Shown here: in pieces, positions 47,428-57,712 of the stretch
How the letters are laid out: each line of letters opens with the position of its first letter
Numbering within the stretch: the stretch's first letter is position 1
Assembly: GCA_965203805.1 (NCBI GenBank)
Contig: OZ241917.1
Location: 704,001-768,000 of the forward strand
Reading direction: 5' to 3'
DNA from: Candidatus Latescibacterota bacterium
GTDB lineage: Bacteria; Latescibacterota; UBA2968; GCA-2709665
DNA: 64,000 nt
The notes under the pieces: model-generated
Told to the model about the DNA's origin: nothing
Databases searched by the model: none
What the model saw: only the letters and a program-made list of their open reading frames with translations
Position numbers and translations under genes: made by a program

Positions 47428-49917
47428 TCATCCGCGCAATTCGGACGCGACGACGTCAACGGAAAGGCTTATCGACGAAGGCGGCAGACACCGGGTGGCA
47501 TCGCATGCCTGAAAGTCCAAGACCAGGTCCAGCCGTACGTCACCTGGCGGCAAGCGGTCGATTTCGAGGATTGCAGGTATCGTGACGTCGCCTTCGTAAA
47601 CCGCCAGAGGCCGATCGGCGAACGGGAACCGGACGATCTTTGCCGACGGGTATGTGACCTTGATGGTCTCCAGCAGATGTTCGGAATAGACGCTGAGCGT
47701 GGTCGGAACCAGATACTCCAATGAAGCGGGGTTGGCGTTGATATGCCAACCTTCCTTTACATTCAGCGTCACCATGAGTTCCAGCCGCCCGCCGTCTCCG
47801 CGGGGCGGGATGCGCACCGTTGCCGTGGCTCTTACGGTCTCATCGCCTGCCGCGTTGCGCGAATCGGTGGATGTCGCCTGCCGGGTGGCGACCGACTGGG
47901 ACTTCAGGGACTTCATCTCCCGGTATCGCAACAAGCCGCGGTACATATTGTTGAAACCCCCGGGGCTCTGCCGGAACAACGGGCCGAAGGCATTCAGCGA
48001 ACGCCACGCCAGATCCATATATTCCGACTTACCCGTCGCCTCGTATAGGCTGAGCAAGGCGTGCACGGCAACCGAATTTCCCGAGGGAATGGCGCCGTCG
48101 TAGGGTTTCTTGGTGCGGGTGATGAGGTGTTCGACGCCGCTGGTGAAATAAAACCCGCCGTCTCCCGCGTCCCAGAAGAGGGTGCGCATGCGCTCGGTCA
48201 GAGCCTCGGCATCTCTGAGGTATCCCGGCTCACCCGAAGCCCTGTAAAGAGACATGAGGCCCTCGACGAGAAACGCATAGTCCTCCTGAAAACCCGGGTT
48301 CCCGGTCGTTCCCTTTCGATAGACGCGAAAGAGGTCGCCGCTACCGTTTCGCATGCGGCCCAGGACAAAGTCCGCGGCCCTTCGCGCGGCGCGCAGGTAG
48401 GCGCTGTTTTTCAAGACCGTGGAGGCATCGGCAAAGGCCGCAATCATCAGACCGTTCCATGCGGTAATTATCTTGTCGTCCAGCAGCGGCCGGACTCGCT
48501 GCTCTCTGGCGGCAAGCAGCTTCCGCTTGAGCGGCCGAAGCCGGTTCCGGAGACTCGCTTCGCTCATGGCCATGGCGTCGGCCACCGCGTTCAGCGCTGT
48601 TGGCAGGTAGAGGACCATACCGTCGCCTTCAGGCATTCGTGCAAGGCTGTAGACTTTGAGGAAGACATCTGCGTCCGAGTTGAGAATGCGTCGGATCTCG
48701 TCTGGTGTCCAGAGATAGTATTCACCTTCCCTGGCGCTTGTTTCAGAGTCCAGGGCGGAGTAGAAAGCGCCTTCGGGCGAGGTCATTTCCCGCAATACGT
48801 ATCGGAGAATTTCCTCGGCCGTATGTCTATGGTCCGGATTGCCGGTCGTCCGATAGGCGCGGACGTAAATCCTGGCCAATTGGGCCTGGTTGTAGAGCAT
48901 TTTCTCAAAGTGCGGTATTCGCCAGGCCCCGTCCACGGCGTAGCGATGAAAACCGCCGCCCAGGTGGTCGAAAATGCCGCCCGCGGCCATATTGTCCAGC
49001 GTGCCGGTCACGATTTCAATGAGGTCGGGGTCGCTCCGGCGAATGTGTTGTGATATGAGCAGGTCGAGCGCCTGATCGGGCGGAAATTTCGGCGCGCTGC
49101 CAAATCCTCCGTGAACGGGGTCGTAGGTCTGTTTGAGTCTGTCGACGACGCGGCTCAACGTGTCGTTGCCCGGTACGCCCGCCTGTGCGACGGCGCCGGG
49201 AACCGTATGAATGCTCCCCACCGCCGAGGATACGTACCGCGCGTGGTCGATGACCTCCATCCTTCGGTTTTCCCAAGCGTTCCGAACGACTTCGATCACA
49301 CGGGGAAAGCCGGGCCGATCGTACCGTGGATCGTCTTTCGGCGGGAAATAGGTGCCCGCGAAAAACGGATCGAGTTCAGGGGTGAGAAAGACCGAGTTCG
49401 GCCATCCGCCGTGCCCCGCGATGATCCTGGTCGCCGTCATGTAAATTTCGTCGATGTCGGGCCGTTCTTCCCTGTCGACCTTGATATTGACGAAGTTCTC
49501 GTTCATCTGTTCGGCAATCGCCGGATCGGAAAAGACCAGGCGTTCCATCACATGGCACCAGTAGCAGGTGGCATAGCCAACGGAAAGGAAGATGGGCTTG
49601 TCCTCGCGGCGCGCCCGTTCGATGGCCTCGGTTCCCCACGGATACCAGTTCACCGGGTTGTGCGCGTGCAGCAACAGGTAGGGACTGGTTTCACGGACGA
49701 GCCGGTTGGCATACTTCCAGGATCCGTCCGCTTCCTTCAGGGCGGGTGCAGTTCCATAGGTGTTCGAGTCGGGCGCAGATTCGGAATGAACGCCGCCGGG
49801 CGTCGGCCGCTGCCCAGAAACACTCGCGCCACAGCGGAGTCCGACCGCGACAGCAACGACCGCCGCCGCCAGAAACGCGTAGCGAACCGGTACATGTGAT
49901 TTCGGATTGTTCGTCAT
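47428..49917 (-). CDS. Secreted DUF255/YyaL (SSP411) thioredoxin + (alpha/alpha)6 protein with C-terminal DsbD-N-like domain
   Basis: Signal peptide; [46 protein letters not shown]; C-terminal GWHINANP...YP...VYEG...[11 protein letters not shown]. Confidence 0.88.
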   Translation of the reverse strand: MTNNPKSHVPVRYAFLAAAVVAVAVGLRCGASVSGQRPTPGGVHSESAPDSNTYGTAPALKEADGSWKYANRLVRETSPYLLLHAHNPVNWYPWGTEAIERARREDKPIFLSVGYATCYWCHVMERLVFSDPAIAEQMNENFVNIKVDREERPDIDEIYMTATRIIAGHGGWPNSVFLTPELDPFFAGTYFPPKDDPRYDRPGFPRVIEVVRNAWENRRMEVIDHARYVSSAVGSIHTVPGAVAQAGVPGNDTLSRVVDRLKQTYDPVHGGFGSAPKFPPDQALDLLISQHIRRSDPDLIEIVTGTLDNMAAGGIFDHLGGGFHRYAVDGAWRIPHFEKMLYNQAQLARIYVRAYRTTGNPDHRHTAEEILRYVLREMTSPEGAFYSALDSETSAREGEYYLWTPDEIRRILNSDADVFLKVYSLARMPEGDGMVLYLPTALNAVADAMAMSEASLRNRLRPLKRKLLAAREQRVRPLLDDKIITAWNGLMIAAFADASTVLKNSAYLRAARRAADFVLGRMRNGSGDLFRVYRKGTTGNPGFQEDYAFLVEGLMSLYRASGEPGYLRDAEALTERMRTLFWDAGDGGFYFTSGVEHLITRTKKPYDGAIPSGNSVAVHALLSLYEATGKSEYMDLAWRSLNAFGPLFRQSPGGFNNMYRGLLRYREMKSLKSQSVATRQATSTDSRNAAGDETVRATATVRIPPRGDGGRLELMVTLNVKEGWHINANPASLEYLVPTTLSVYSEHLLETIKVTYPSAKIVRFPFADRPLAVYEGDVTIPAILEIDRLPPGDVRLDLVLDFQACDATRCLPPSSISLSVDVVASELRG

Positions 49918-50021
49918 GGCGGGAGCGAGGGGATGGGTCGGATGCCGGCGCCATCCGTCTCGCCGCGATCAACAGGGTTTGCGTGACTGACGGGACGAAG
50001 GGTCATCGATCGACGGGGGGA

Positions 50022-51269
50022 TTAACGGGCAAATGCACGCTTGATCTTGCCCACGGCCTCTACGATGTCGTCCATGTCTTCCCGCGTTCCCAGGAGCATG
50101 GACTGATAGAACCATACGCTGTGCCGGCAGACGTGTTCAACCCGCGGACACGGCAGTCTGCGTACGCGTTCGGGGTATGCTTCCGAGACGCTCTTCAGCG
50201 CGCCTTCGTCGGTGAGCGGTCGCTGGTAACCGGGTGTGCAGTCTATTCCTTCAGCGGAGAGGGCGCTGACGAATTGCTCTCTGCTTCGGCCGCCGAATTG
50301 ATGGGGATCGTAGAGCGTCATGTAGAGATGATACCCATGCCGAGTTGTCCAGGGACGCGTCCCCGGCGGCGTGACGCCGCCGATACTTGTCAGTTCCCGT
50401 GTGAGATAGGCCGCGTTTCGACTTCGAACCCCGGTCTGAAGCTGCAAACGTCTGAGCCGTACCAGAAGGATGGATGCGAGGTACTCGGAGGTGCGGTAGT
50501 TCCATCCGTGGCGCGGGTATTCCCACCGTTCGCCCCCGGGGCGCCGTCCAACGTCCTTGAATGCGCAAGCCCGTTCGTAAATGTACCGATGGTTGGTGAC
50601 AAGACAGCCGCCCTCCCCGACCGTCAGGTTCTTGCTGGACTGGAAGCTGTACGCGCCGACATGGCCCAGCGGGCCTGCCTTCCTTCCGTTGTGCTCCGAG
50701 CCGTGGGCCTGCGCGGCATCTTCGACAACCACCAGCCCGTGTTTTTCGGCGATGGCGTTCAGGGCGTCCATATCCGCGGGGTGCCCCCCCATGTGCACCG
50801 GAAGAATCCCAACCGTCCTTCCGGTTATGGCCGCCTCTACCGCGTTTGGGTCGAGGGTGAAACTCACCGGGTCGATGTCCGCCAGTGCCAGCCTGCAACG
50901 TACCGAAAGGGCCGCACTGGCCGTGGCGATGAAGGTATAGTTCGGAATGATGATCTCCCCGCCCTCACCAAGACCGTCCAGGTCGAGCGCGCCGGCTAAG
51001 GACGCGGAAATCGCGTCGGTTCCATGCGGCATCATCAGGCCATAGCGTGCGCCGCAATATGCCGCGAACGCCTTGCCGAACCGGTCGCTAATGTTTGCCG
51101 GAAGCCCCTCTGTCCTGCCCAGATAGACTTCACGAAGGGCAGGTTCGATTTCGTTTTCCCACTCCGTTTCGGTGTTGTGTGGCCAGGAAGGCCACGGTTT
51201 CTCTTTGGGATCGCGAACGGGCGTGCCCCCGTCCACTGCCAGCCGGTTCGATGAAATTACATCTGGCAT
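50022..51269 (-). CDS. DegT/DnrJ/EryC1/StrS family PLP aminotransferase (AHBA synthase-like)
   Basis: YTFIATA, EDAAQAHG, SFQSSKNLTVGEGG, GWNYR. Confidence 0.92.
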   Translation of the reverse strand: MPDVISSNRLAVDGGTPVRDPKEKPWPSWPHNTETEWENEIEPALREVYLGRTEGLPANISDRFGKAFAAYCGARYGLMMPHGTDAISASLAGALDLDGLGEGGEIIIPNYTFIATASAALSVRCRLALADIDPVSFTLDPNAVEAAITGRTVGILPVHMGGHPADMDALNAIAEKHGLVVVEDAAQAHGSEHNGRKAGPLGHVGAYSFQSSKNLTVGEGGCLVTNHRYIYERACAFKDVGRRPGGERWEYPRHGWNYRTSEYLASILLVRLRRLQLQTGVRSRNAAYLTRELTSIGGVTPPGTRPWTTRHGYHLYMTLYDPHQFGGRSREQFVSALSAEGIDCTPGYQRPLTDEGALKSVSEAYPERVRRLPCPRVEHVCRHSVWFYQSMLLGTREDMDDIVEAVGKIKRAFAR

Positions 51270-51405
51270 CGGATCTCCTGTGGATGCGCCCGAAAACTCC
51301 CCTCCTCATCGGAGCCTGCCGGAGTGACATCTCTGTTGCGGAAAGCCCGACGTTGCGGGCAGCGGGAGTCCAGGGACGCGCGTGGTCGAGAGCCGGCCAT
51401 TTGTA

Positions 51406-52638
51406 TCAACCGGCCACCATTTCGCAGGCGGCCGCGCGGACCAGCCGCTCTCCTTCTACCGCAAGGCCGGCATACCTGGGTTCCATGCCGCCTTCCCTGT
51501 GGGCCCGGGGGGTACTCAGATAACCGACGTCCGCGGTCGGGCCGGAAAGGACGATCGTAAGTGGAGCGCGTGCCGCAGACTTGATCGCAGACGCGGTTTC
51601 AACGAAGATCTCGCCTGGAAGATGGACAATTTCAACGCCGGACGCGGAAACACGCGTGATCGTGTAGTCCAGGGTTCGCCTGCCGGTTGCGTAATGCCTG
51701 CTGCCGTAGGCCTGAAAACGCTGAAGCCCGTCCGACCGTTGCGACGTCGACTTCAGTTCTGTCTCGACCGAATCCGGATCTTCGTACGAAAATGTGGGCA
51801 ACCGAATGGTCTTCTGCGAGACGCCGAAGTTCCCGGAACCGTTCGTGTCCGCCTGTTCCAATGCGTAGAGTGCCGCTCCTCCGACACTGTGGCCCACGCG
51901 CTTATAGGTCCGACCGGCGCGGCTGACCGGCACCACGTTTCCGATACTCCCTGGCAGAAACAGCGTGCCCACGCCCGCCGCCTCGACCACGTGCCGGGCG
52001 ACGCCGGGATAGTCGGCGGAGACGTGCCCGTACTTGTCGGTGTTGCAAAGTGCGTGACACCCGAATACGATGGCGCAACGAATGGGATTGCCCTCCAGGT
52101 CGTCGATTCGGAGCGCGTAGACGTTGTCGTCCACATCGTCATAGGTGAGTTCGGGACGGGGGTAGGGAAACTTGAAATTGCTCATCACCAGATTGCCGTT
52201 CCGGTCGTATGAGCGCCGGTTGTACAGGATGTTGGGAGCGGAACTGGCGCCTGCGCCCAATCGGGAGGGCGCCATGGCCCCGGCGGCTTTGCGGATGGCC
52301 GCCGCCATGTTTTCCGCGAAAAAATCCTCCCTGCCGTAGTACTTGAGCGCTTCGCACGGAATGTTGACGTAGGATTGGAATAAAATCGGCGTGGTGCCCA
52401 CATGGGACGCGCAGGGCAGGATGTGGTTCAGATTCAGCCAGGCGATATCCCGGAGTCGTTCCCTGACACGATCCATGATATCCTCTTCGATGCTGAAACA
52501 ATCTCCGGCCAGAAAGGTGACGTTGGTTTCCCGGTCCCGCAGGATCAGGGCCCGGAAGGAGATCGGATCGTACACGCGGAACGAGCCGTCCCGCGGTTCC
52601 TGTGGCGTAAAGTCCTGGATGCCAAAGCCGGTTTCCAT
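51406..52638 (-). CDS. Neutral-ceramidase-like hypothetical hydrolase
   Basis: DPISFRAL, ASH..TP, YNRR, FGCHA, SADYPG, LPGEIF, GY; RBS GGAGG. Confidence 0.7.
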   Translation of the reverse strand: METGFGIQDFTPQEPRDGSFRVYDPISFRALILRDRETNVTFLAGDCFSIEEDIMDRVRERLRDIAWLNLNHILPCASHVGTTPILFQSYVNIPCEALKYYGREDFFAENMAAAIRKAAGAMAPSRLGAGASSAPNILYNRRSYDRNGNLVMSNFKFPYPRPELTYDDVDDNVYALRIDDLEGNPIRCAIVFGCHALCNTDKYGHVSADYPGVARHVVEAAGVGTLFLPGSIGNVVPVSRAGRTYKRVGHSVGGAALYALEQADTNGSGNFGVSQKTIRLPTFSYEDPDSVETELKSTSQRSDGLQRFQAYGSRHYATGRRTLDYTITRVSASGVEIVHLPGEIFVETASAIKSAARAPLTIVLSGPTADVGYLSTPRAHREGGMEPRYAGLAVEGERLVRAAACEMVAG

Positions 52639-52751
52639 CACGTCGGGCCTCCACGGCAGCGGTGTATGCAGGAAAACGGTCAATTGATAGGGTAATATTC
52701 ACGGGGCGTCAAGCGTTTTCCTGCCGTGCATTCGCTCGCGGACGGCGGACC

Positions 52752-52780
52752 TTGACGTATCCGCAGGGATGGGTTACATT
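52752..52780 (+). promoter_or_regulatory. sigma70 promoter for the FAD oxidoreductase-acyP-apt operon
   Basis: TTGACG-N17-TACATT. Confidence 0.55.
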
Positions 52781-52904
52781 ATCGTTCGTCCACGCCCGCG
52801 TACGGGATTCGCGTCGCCTTGAAACGCCGTGTGAGGGCACGACGAACGGTTCCCTTCCACCTGGCGATCGCTGCGGATTCCGCACGAGGCGAATTACGGG
52901 AGAC

Positions 52905-53129
52905 TAACCATGATTCGTCAGTTTTCGGGGACGTCAATTCGAAGTATACGCAAGTTGATAAAGGCGAATTGACATCGGATTTCCAGGAACCTTCAGGTCA
53001 CTGGACGTGAACGGAAGAAATGTGCTTCCGGACGACCTCTTCGGCCCGTTGAGGAAATAACTTCAGGGTCGCGGCGTTACGACACACGCGGTTTCTCACG
53101 GATGCCGTTTGTGGCCAATTTTACGGTTA
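52905..53129. mobile_element. Dispersed repeat copy 2 (MITE-like, TA-bounded)
   Basis: About 83% identical to 10942-11083 over the first ~143 nt; starts TAACC and ends GGTTA. Confidence 0.7.
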
Positions 53130-53151
53130 TCTATTTTCGAATTGAGGCTAA

Positions 53152-56019
53152 ATGCAGGCCCTGATTTCGGCACTTGAAAGAGAACTGTCCGGCGAAGTCC
53201 GGTTCGATCGGGCGTCGCGGATCCTCTACAGCACTGATGCAAGCATGTATCAGATTGAACCGGTCGGGGTCGTCCTGCCCAGGCATCGGCAGGATGTCCT
53301 GCGGGTCATGCGCCTCGCCGGGGAGTTCGGTGTGCCGGTGCTGCCGCGCGGCGGCGGCACGGCGCTTGCGGGGCAATGCGTGGGCCCGGCGGTAATTATG
53401 GATCTGTCCAAATACATGAATAAAATCCTCGAACTGAACGAGGACGAGGGATGGGTGCGGGTACAACCCGGCGTGGTACTGGACGAATTGAACTCGTTCC
53501 TGAAGCCCCATGGTCTCCAGTTCGCCCCGGATGTGGCTACGAGCAGCCGGGCGACGATCGGGGGAATGATCGGCAACAATTCGGCGGGCGCCCATTCGGT
53601 CATCTACGGGAAGACCATCGACCACGTACTCGAACTCAACGTGGCCCTCGCGGACGGTACGGAAACGCGGTTCACGGACATGTCGGACGAGGAAGTTGCC
53701 GGCAAGACGGAACAGACGGACCTGGAGGGGCGGGCATACAGGGAAGTCGCCCGGCTCGCCCGGCGGCACCGCGCTGAAATCGAACGGAGGTACCCGAAGA
53801 TTCTGAGACGGGTGGGCGGCTATAACCTGGATGAGTTCACGAAACCACAAAGCTTCAATATGTCGCGTATGATCGTGGGATCGGAGGGCACCCTGGCCAC
53901 GGTCCTGGAAGCCAGGCTGCGCGTGATTTCACTTCCGCGCGCCAGGGTACTGGGGGTTGTGCAATTCGAGGATCTGATTGACTCGATGCGGGCGGTCGCG
54001 CCAATTCTCGAAACCGGACCCGCGGCTGTGGAACTGGTGGACCGCATGATTCTGGAGCAGACCAGGGGCTCGATTGCATTGTCCGGGGCGCGCGGGTGGG
54101 TTGAAGGAGACCCCAAAGCCGTACTCGTGGTGGAATATTTCGGCGACTCGTCAGACGAACTGACAACGCGCCTGGATGCGCTCGAGGCCGCCATGTCCCG
54201 GCACGGGCTCGGGTATGGATTCCGGCGGGCCGTGTCGGCCGAGGAACAGGCGAATGTATGGAATGTGCGCCGGTCGGGTCTCGGTTTGCTGATGGGCGTC
54301 AAGGGCGATACGAAACCCGTCGCTTTTGTGGAGGATTCCGCCGTTTCACCCGAAAAGCTTCCGGATTATATCGACGATTTCGAGCGGATTGTGCGCGAGC
54401 ACGATACGACCGCCGGCTATTACGCGCACGCCAGCGTTGGATTGCTGCACATCCGGCCGATGGTGAATCTGAAAACAGCGGCCGGAGTGGCCAAAATGCG
54501 GTCGATCGCAGAGGCCGTGCGCGAACTGGTACTGAGTTATGGCGGTGCGATGAGCGGCGAGCACGGGGACGGCCTCGCCCGCAGTTGCTGGAACGAGAGG
54601 GTATTCGGGTCCACGCTCTACAATGCGTTCCGGGAGATCAAACGTGCGTTCGATCCGCATGGCCTGATGAATCCGGGCAAAATCACAGACGCGCCGTTGA
54701 TGACGGAAAACCTGCGTTTCGGTCCCGCGTACCGTGCTATTGAGCCGCGCACCCACTTCGACTTCTCGGCTGACGGAGGATTTCACCGGGCGGTCGAAAT
54801 GTGCAACGGCGTGGGCGCCTGCCGGAAGAAACTCCACGGGACAATGTGCCCTTCCTACATGGCAACACTTGACGAGGCCCATTCCACACGCGGACGGGCG
54901 AATGCGCTCCGTGCTGCCATTTCGGGCGGACTCGAGGACGGCCTCGCCGACGAACGGGTCTACGAAATCCTGGACCTGTGTCTGGAGTGCAAGGCGTGCA
55001 AGTCGGAGTGCCCGTCCAATGTGGACATGGCCAAGATCAAGTATGAATTCCTCGCACACTATTACGAAACGCGTGGAAGGCCGTTGCGGGAGTGGCTCTT
55101 CGGCAACATCGAAACGCTGAACCGTGCCGGGTGTGCACTGGCGCCACTGTCGAATTGGTTTGCCGACACTTCGATTGCCAGACTTGGGCTGCAGTTCCTG
55201 GGCATCGCGCCGGAACGGGCACTGCCGCGGTTCGCACCCCGGACGTTCACGGATTGGTTTTCGCGGCGAGACAAGCGAACGCGCGAGCGGAAGGTGGTGC
55301 TGTTCAACGACACGTATCTCACGTTCAACGAGCCCGAAATCGGCATTTCCGCCACGCGCTTTCTGGAGGCCGCCGGATATGAGGTGATCCTGCCTGCAAA
55401 GCGGTGTTGCGGAAGGCCGCTCCTGTCCAGCGGAATGATCGGGCAGGTCAAGGAAAATCTGGAATTCAACGTTCGCCACCTCCATGCATACGTCGCGCAG
55501 GGGTATGATATCGTGGGATTCGAACCCAGTTGCGTCTCGATGTTGACGGACGATTACCCCGATCTGAACGCGGATCCCCGCGTCCGGGAGGTGTCGGAGA
55601 GATGTTTTACCCTGGAGTCTTACCTGAGCCGGCTGGCGCAACGGCGGGAGCTCCACGTGACATTTACGGATCTGAAAAAGGAGATCCTCGTCCACGGGCA
55701 TTGCCATCAGAAAGCGCTCTGGGGCATGGCGCCTTCGCTCGAGGTATTGAATCTTCCACCCGGATTCTCGGCATCGGCCATCGATTCGGCCTGCTGCGGA
55801 ATGGCCGGCGCATTCGGTTATCAGGCAGAACACTACGACATCTCGTTGAAAATGGGGGAAGACCGGCTATTGAACGTTGTGGGTCGGGCGGACCCGGAAA
55901 CGGAGATAGCCGCTTCCGGGCTTTCGTGCCGGCAGCAGATCAGCCATGCAACCGGACGGACCGCGCGTCATCCGATACAGATTCTGTGGGAGGCGGTCGC
56001 GCCCGCCGACGAAGCATGA
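53152..56019 (+). CDS. FAD-binding/Fe-S-binding oxidoreductase (YdiJ-like, GlcD+GlcF-type fusion)
   Basis: YSTDAS, PRGGGTALAGQ, GSEGTL, SGEHGDG, FDP..MNPGK, CNGVGAC..MCPS, CLECKACKSECP, CCG motifs. Confidence 0.93.
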   Translation: MQALISALERELSGEVRFDRASRILYSTDASMYQIEPVGVVLPRHRQDVLRVMRLAGEFGVPVLPRGGGTALAGQCVGPAVIMDLSKYMNKILELNEDEGWVRVQPGVVLDELNSFLKPHGLQFAPDVATSSRATIGGMIGNNSAGAHSVIYGKTIDHVLELNVALADGTETRFTDMSDEEVAGKTEQTDLEGRAYREVARLARRHRAEIERRYPKILRRVGGYNLDEFTKPQSFNMSRMIVGSEGTLATVLEARLRVISLPRARVLGVVQFEDLIDSMRAVAPILETGPAAVELVDRMILEQTRGSIALSGARGWVEGDPKAVLVVEYFGDSSDELTTRLDALEAAMSRHGLGYGFRRAVSAEEQANVWNVRRSGLGLLMGVKGDTKPVAFVEDSAVSPEKLPDYIDDFERIVREHDTTAGYYAHASVGLLHIRPMVNLKTAAGVAKMRSIAEAVRELVLSYGGAMSGEHGDGLARSCWNERVFGSTLYNAFREIKRAFDPHGLMNPGKITDAPLMTENLRFGPAYRAIEPRTHFDFSADGGFHRAVEMCNGVGACRKKLHGTMCPSYMATLDEAHSTRGRANALRAAISGGLEDGLADERVYEILDLCLECKACKSECPSNVDMAKIKYEFLAHYYETRGRPLREWLFGNIETLNRAGCALAPLSNWFADTSIARLGLQFLGIAPERALPRFAPRTFTDWFSRRDKRTRERKVVLFNDTYLTFNEPEIGISATRFLEAAGYEVILPAKRCCGRPLLSSGMIGQVKENLEFNVRHLHAYVAQGYDIVGFEPSCVSMLTDDYPDLNADPRVREVSERCFTLESYLSRLAQRRELHVTFTDLKKEILVHGHCHQKALWGMAPSLEVLNLPPGFSASAIDSACCGMAGAFGYQAEHYDISLKMGEDRLLNVVGRADPETEIAASGLSCRQQISHATGRTARHPIQILWEAVAPADEA

Positions 56020-56297
56020 GCTCCCGCCGACGGGTTCATTTACGGGCAACGGGCGTTGTTCAGGGAGTGGGTTTTCGTTTCTTCGTGTGTCGCGTGGCGC
56101 GGCAGCTGGGTCTCGTCGGGTACGTGCGCAATCGCCCCGACGGGAACGTGGAGCTCGAGGCGGAAGGAGAATTCTCCGACGTATCCGCCCTGATCGATGC
56201 TGTCGGCAAGGGGCCGTCAGGCGCTTGTGTACGGAAAACAACGGTACAGGCACAACCGGTTCAGGGATCCGAATCCGAATTTGAGATACGATGGTAG
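56016..56297 (+). CDS. acyP: Acylphosphatase
   Basis: GVVQGVGFR, GYVRNRPDGNVE; ATGA overlap with upstream stop. Confidence 0.93.
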   Translation: MSSRRRVHLRATGVVQGVGFRFFVCRVARQLGLVGYVRNRPDGNVELEAEGEFSDVSALIDAVGKGPSGACVRKTTVQAQPVQGSESEFEIRW

Positions 56298-56312
56298 GGA
56301 GCGGGGTGTATC

Positions 56313-56825
56313 GTGGATCTATTGAGATATATTCGTGAAGTACCCGATTTTCCGAAACCGGGCATCCTGTTCAAGGATATCACGACGCTATTGAAGGAAC
56401 CAGCGGCGCTCGACGCCGTCGTTCGACAGCTTGCGGACCCGTACCGGAATGCGGGCGTGTCACTTGTGGCCGGGATCGAGTCCAGGGGGTTCATCCTCGG
56501 GGCGGCCGTGGCCCGGGATCTGGGTGCGGGATTCGTGCCCATTCGAAAATCCGGAAAGTTGCCCGCAGAGACGGCTTCGGTGAGTTATGAACTTGAATAC
56601 GGCGCCGACAGCATTGAAATTCATACCGACGCGATCGTTCCCGGTCAGCGCGTACTCCTCCTGGACGATCTGCTGGCGACCGGCGGCACCATGGAGGCCG
56701 CGGTCAGACTCGTGAAGGGACTCCGCGCCCGGGTTGTGGGTATCGCATTTCTGATCGAATTGACCGCGCTCGACGGGCGCTCCAGATTGCCGGGGGAAAA
56801 CGTGATGGCGCTGGTTGCCGGTTAA
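56313..56825 (+). CDS. apt: Adenine phosphoribosyltransferase
   Basis: PDFPKPGILFKDIT, ESRGF, RKSGKLP, YELEYG, LLDDLLATGGT. Confidence 0.96.
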   Translation: MDLLRYIREVPDFPKPGILFKDITTLLKEPAALDAVVRQLADPYRNAGVSLVAGIESRGFILGAAVARDLGAGFVPIRKSGKLPAETASVSYELEYGADSIEIHTDAIVPGQRVLLLDDLLATGGTMEAAVRLVKGLRARVVGIAFLIELTALDGRSRLPGENVMALVAG

Positions 56826-56931
56826 CCTCGGGAAGCGACTTGCGGGCATACGTCCGCCGGCAACTCGCCGCTGATATCTTACGCTGTTCGAAACGAAAAA
56901 ATCGCCGATAGTGCCCGCCTTTCCGGTCTAT

Positions 56932-57004
56932 GCCCCTGTAGCTCAGAGGATAGAGTAGCGGATTCCTAATCCGTTGGTCGCAGGTTCGAGTCCTGCCAGG
57001 GGCA
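56932..57004 (+). tRNA. tRNA-Arg (CCT), CCA not encoded
   Basis: GCCCCTGTAGCTCAGAGGATAGAGTAGCGGATTCCTAATCCGTTGGTCGCAGGTTCGAGTCCTGCCAGGGGCA cloverleaf. Confidence 0.95.
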
Positions 57005-57222
57005 TTGTATACATTCGGAACGGGCGCGGGCGTCCGCCCCGCAGACAGGATATCATCGGGTCAAACCTCATGGGACGTTGCGTTTCCGTGCCCCGCAGGC
57101 CCGAATAAACGAACTTCAATCGCTCCGTCCGGCGTCGGTTGCAGCGTCGAATTCCACCCCTGAGCCATTCGACGGGCGCGCCGAACCGCGTTTCACGTGG
57201 GCATTACATTTTTCACCTGGAC

Positions 57223-57672
57223 TTGGCCGTTGTGGGCTTTCAGATCAACGAGGCGTTGCTGTTACATTACCCACGTGAACACGTGTTCGGGTTCTTTTCC
57301 GACGCCGGAAATCTGGACCGGCTCACTCCGCCATGGCTCGGGTTTTCAATAAGGAGCAAGCTGCCGATCGAATTGGCACAGGGGACGGTCATCAGATACG
57401 GGATCAGGATTCGGGGCGTGCCCATGAATTGGGAAAGCGAGATTACCGATTGGCGGCCGCCGTTCGAATTCTGCGACGTCCAGCGGAAGGGGCCGTACCG
57501 TTACTGGATCCATCGGCATATATTCGAAGAAGCGCAAGGCGGCACCTTGGTGACCGACAGGGTCGATTACGCCGTATACGGGGGCGCACTGGTGAATCGT
57601 CTGTTCGTAGCACGCGACCTGATGAAGATTTTCGAGTACCGAAAGGCGAAGCTGATCGAGCAGTTTCCCTGA
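57223..57672 (+). CDS. SRPBCC (polyketide cyclase/dehydrase-like) family protein
   Basis: VFGFFSDAGNL.RLTPP, W.SEI..W.PP..F.D.Q.KGPY..W.H.H, D.V.Y; start uncertain. Confidence 0.85.
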   Translation: MAVVGFQINEALLLHYPREHVFGFFSDAGNLDRLTPPWLGFSIRSKLPIELAQGTVIRYGIRIRGVPMNWESEITDWRPPFEFCDVQRKGPYRYWIHRHIFEEAQGGTLVTDRVDYAVYGGALVNRLFVARDLMKIFEYRKAKLIEQFP

Positions 57673-57712
57673 GACACATACGCGCGCGTACGGTCCGGAA
57701 AAACAGCCCGGG

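Noticed and set aside
56313-56825. apt as an adenine-salvage partner of arsenosugar synthesis
   Set aside because: About 9 kb from arsS, in a separate housekeeping operon; no evidence of linkage
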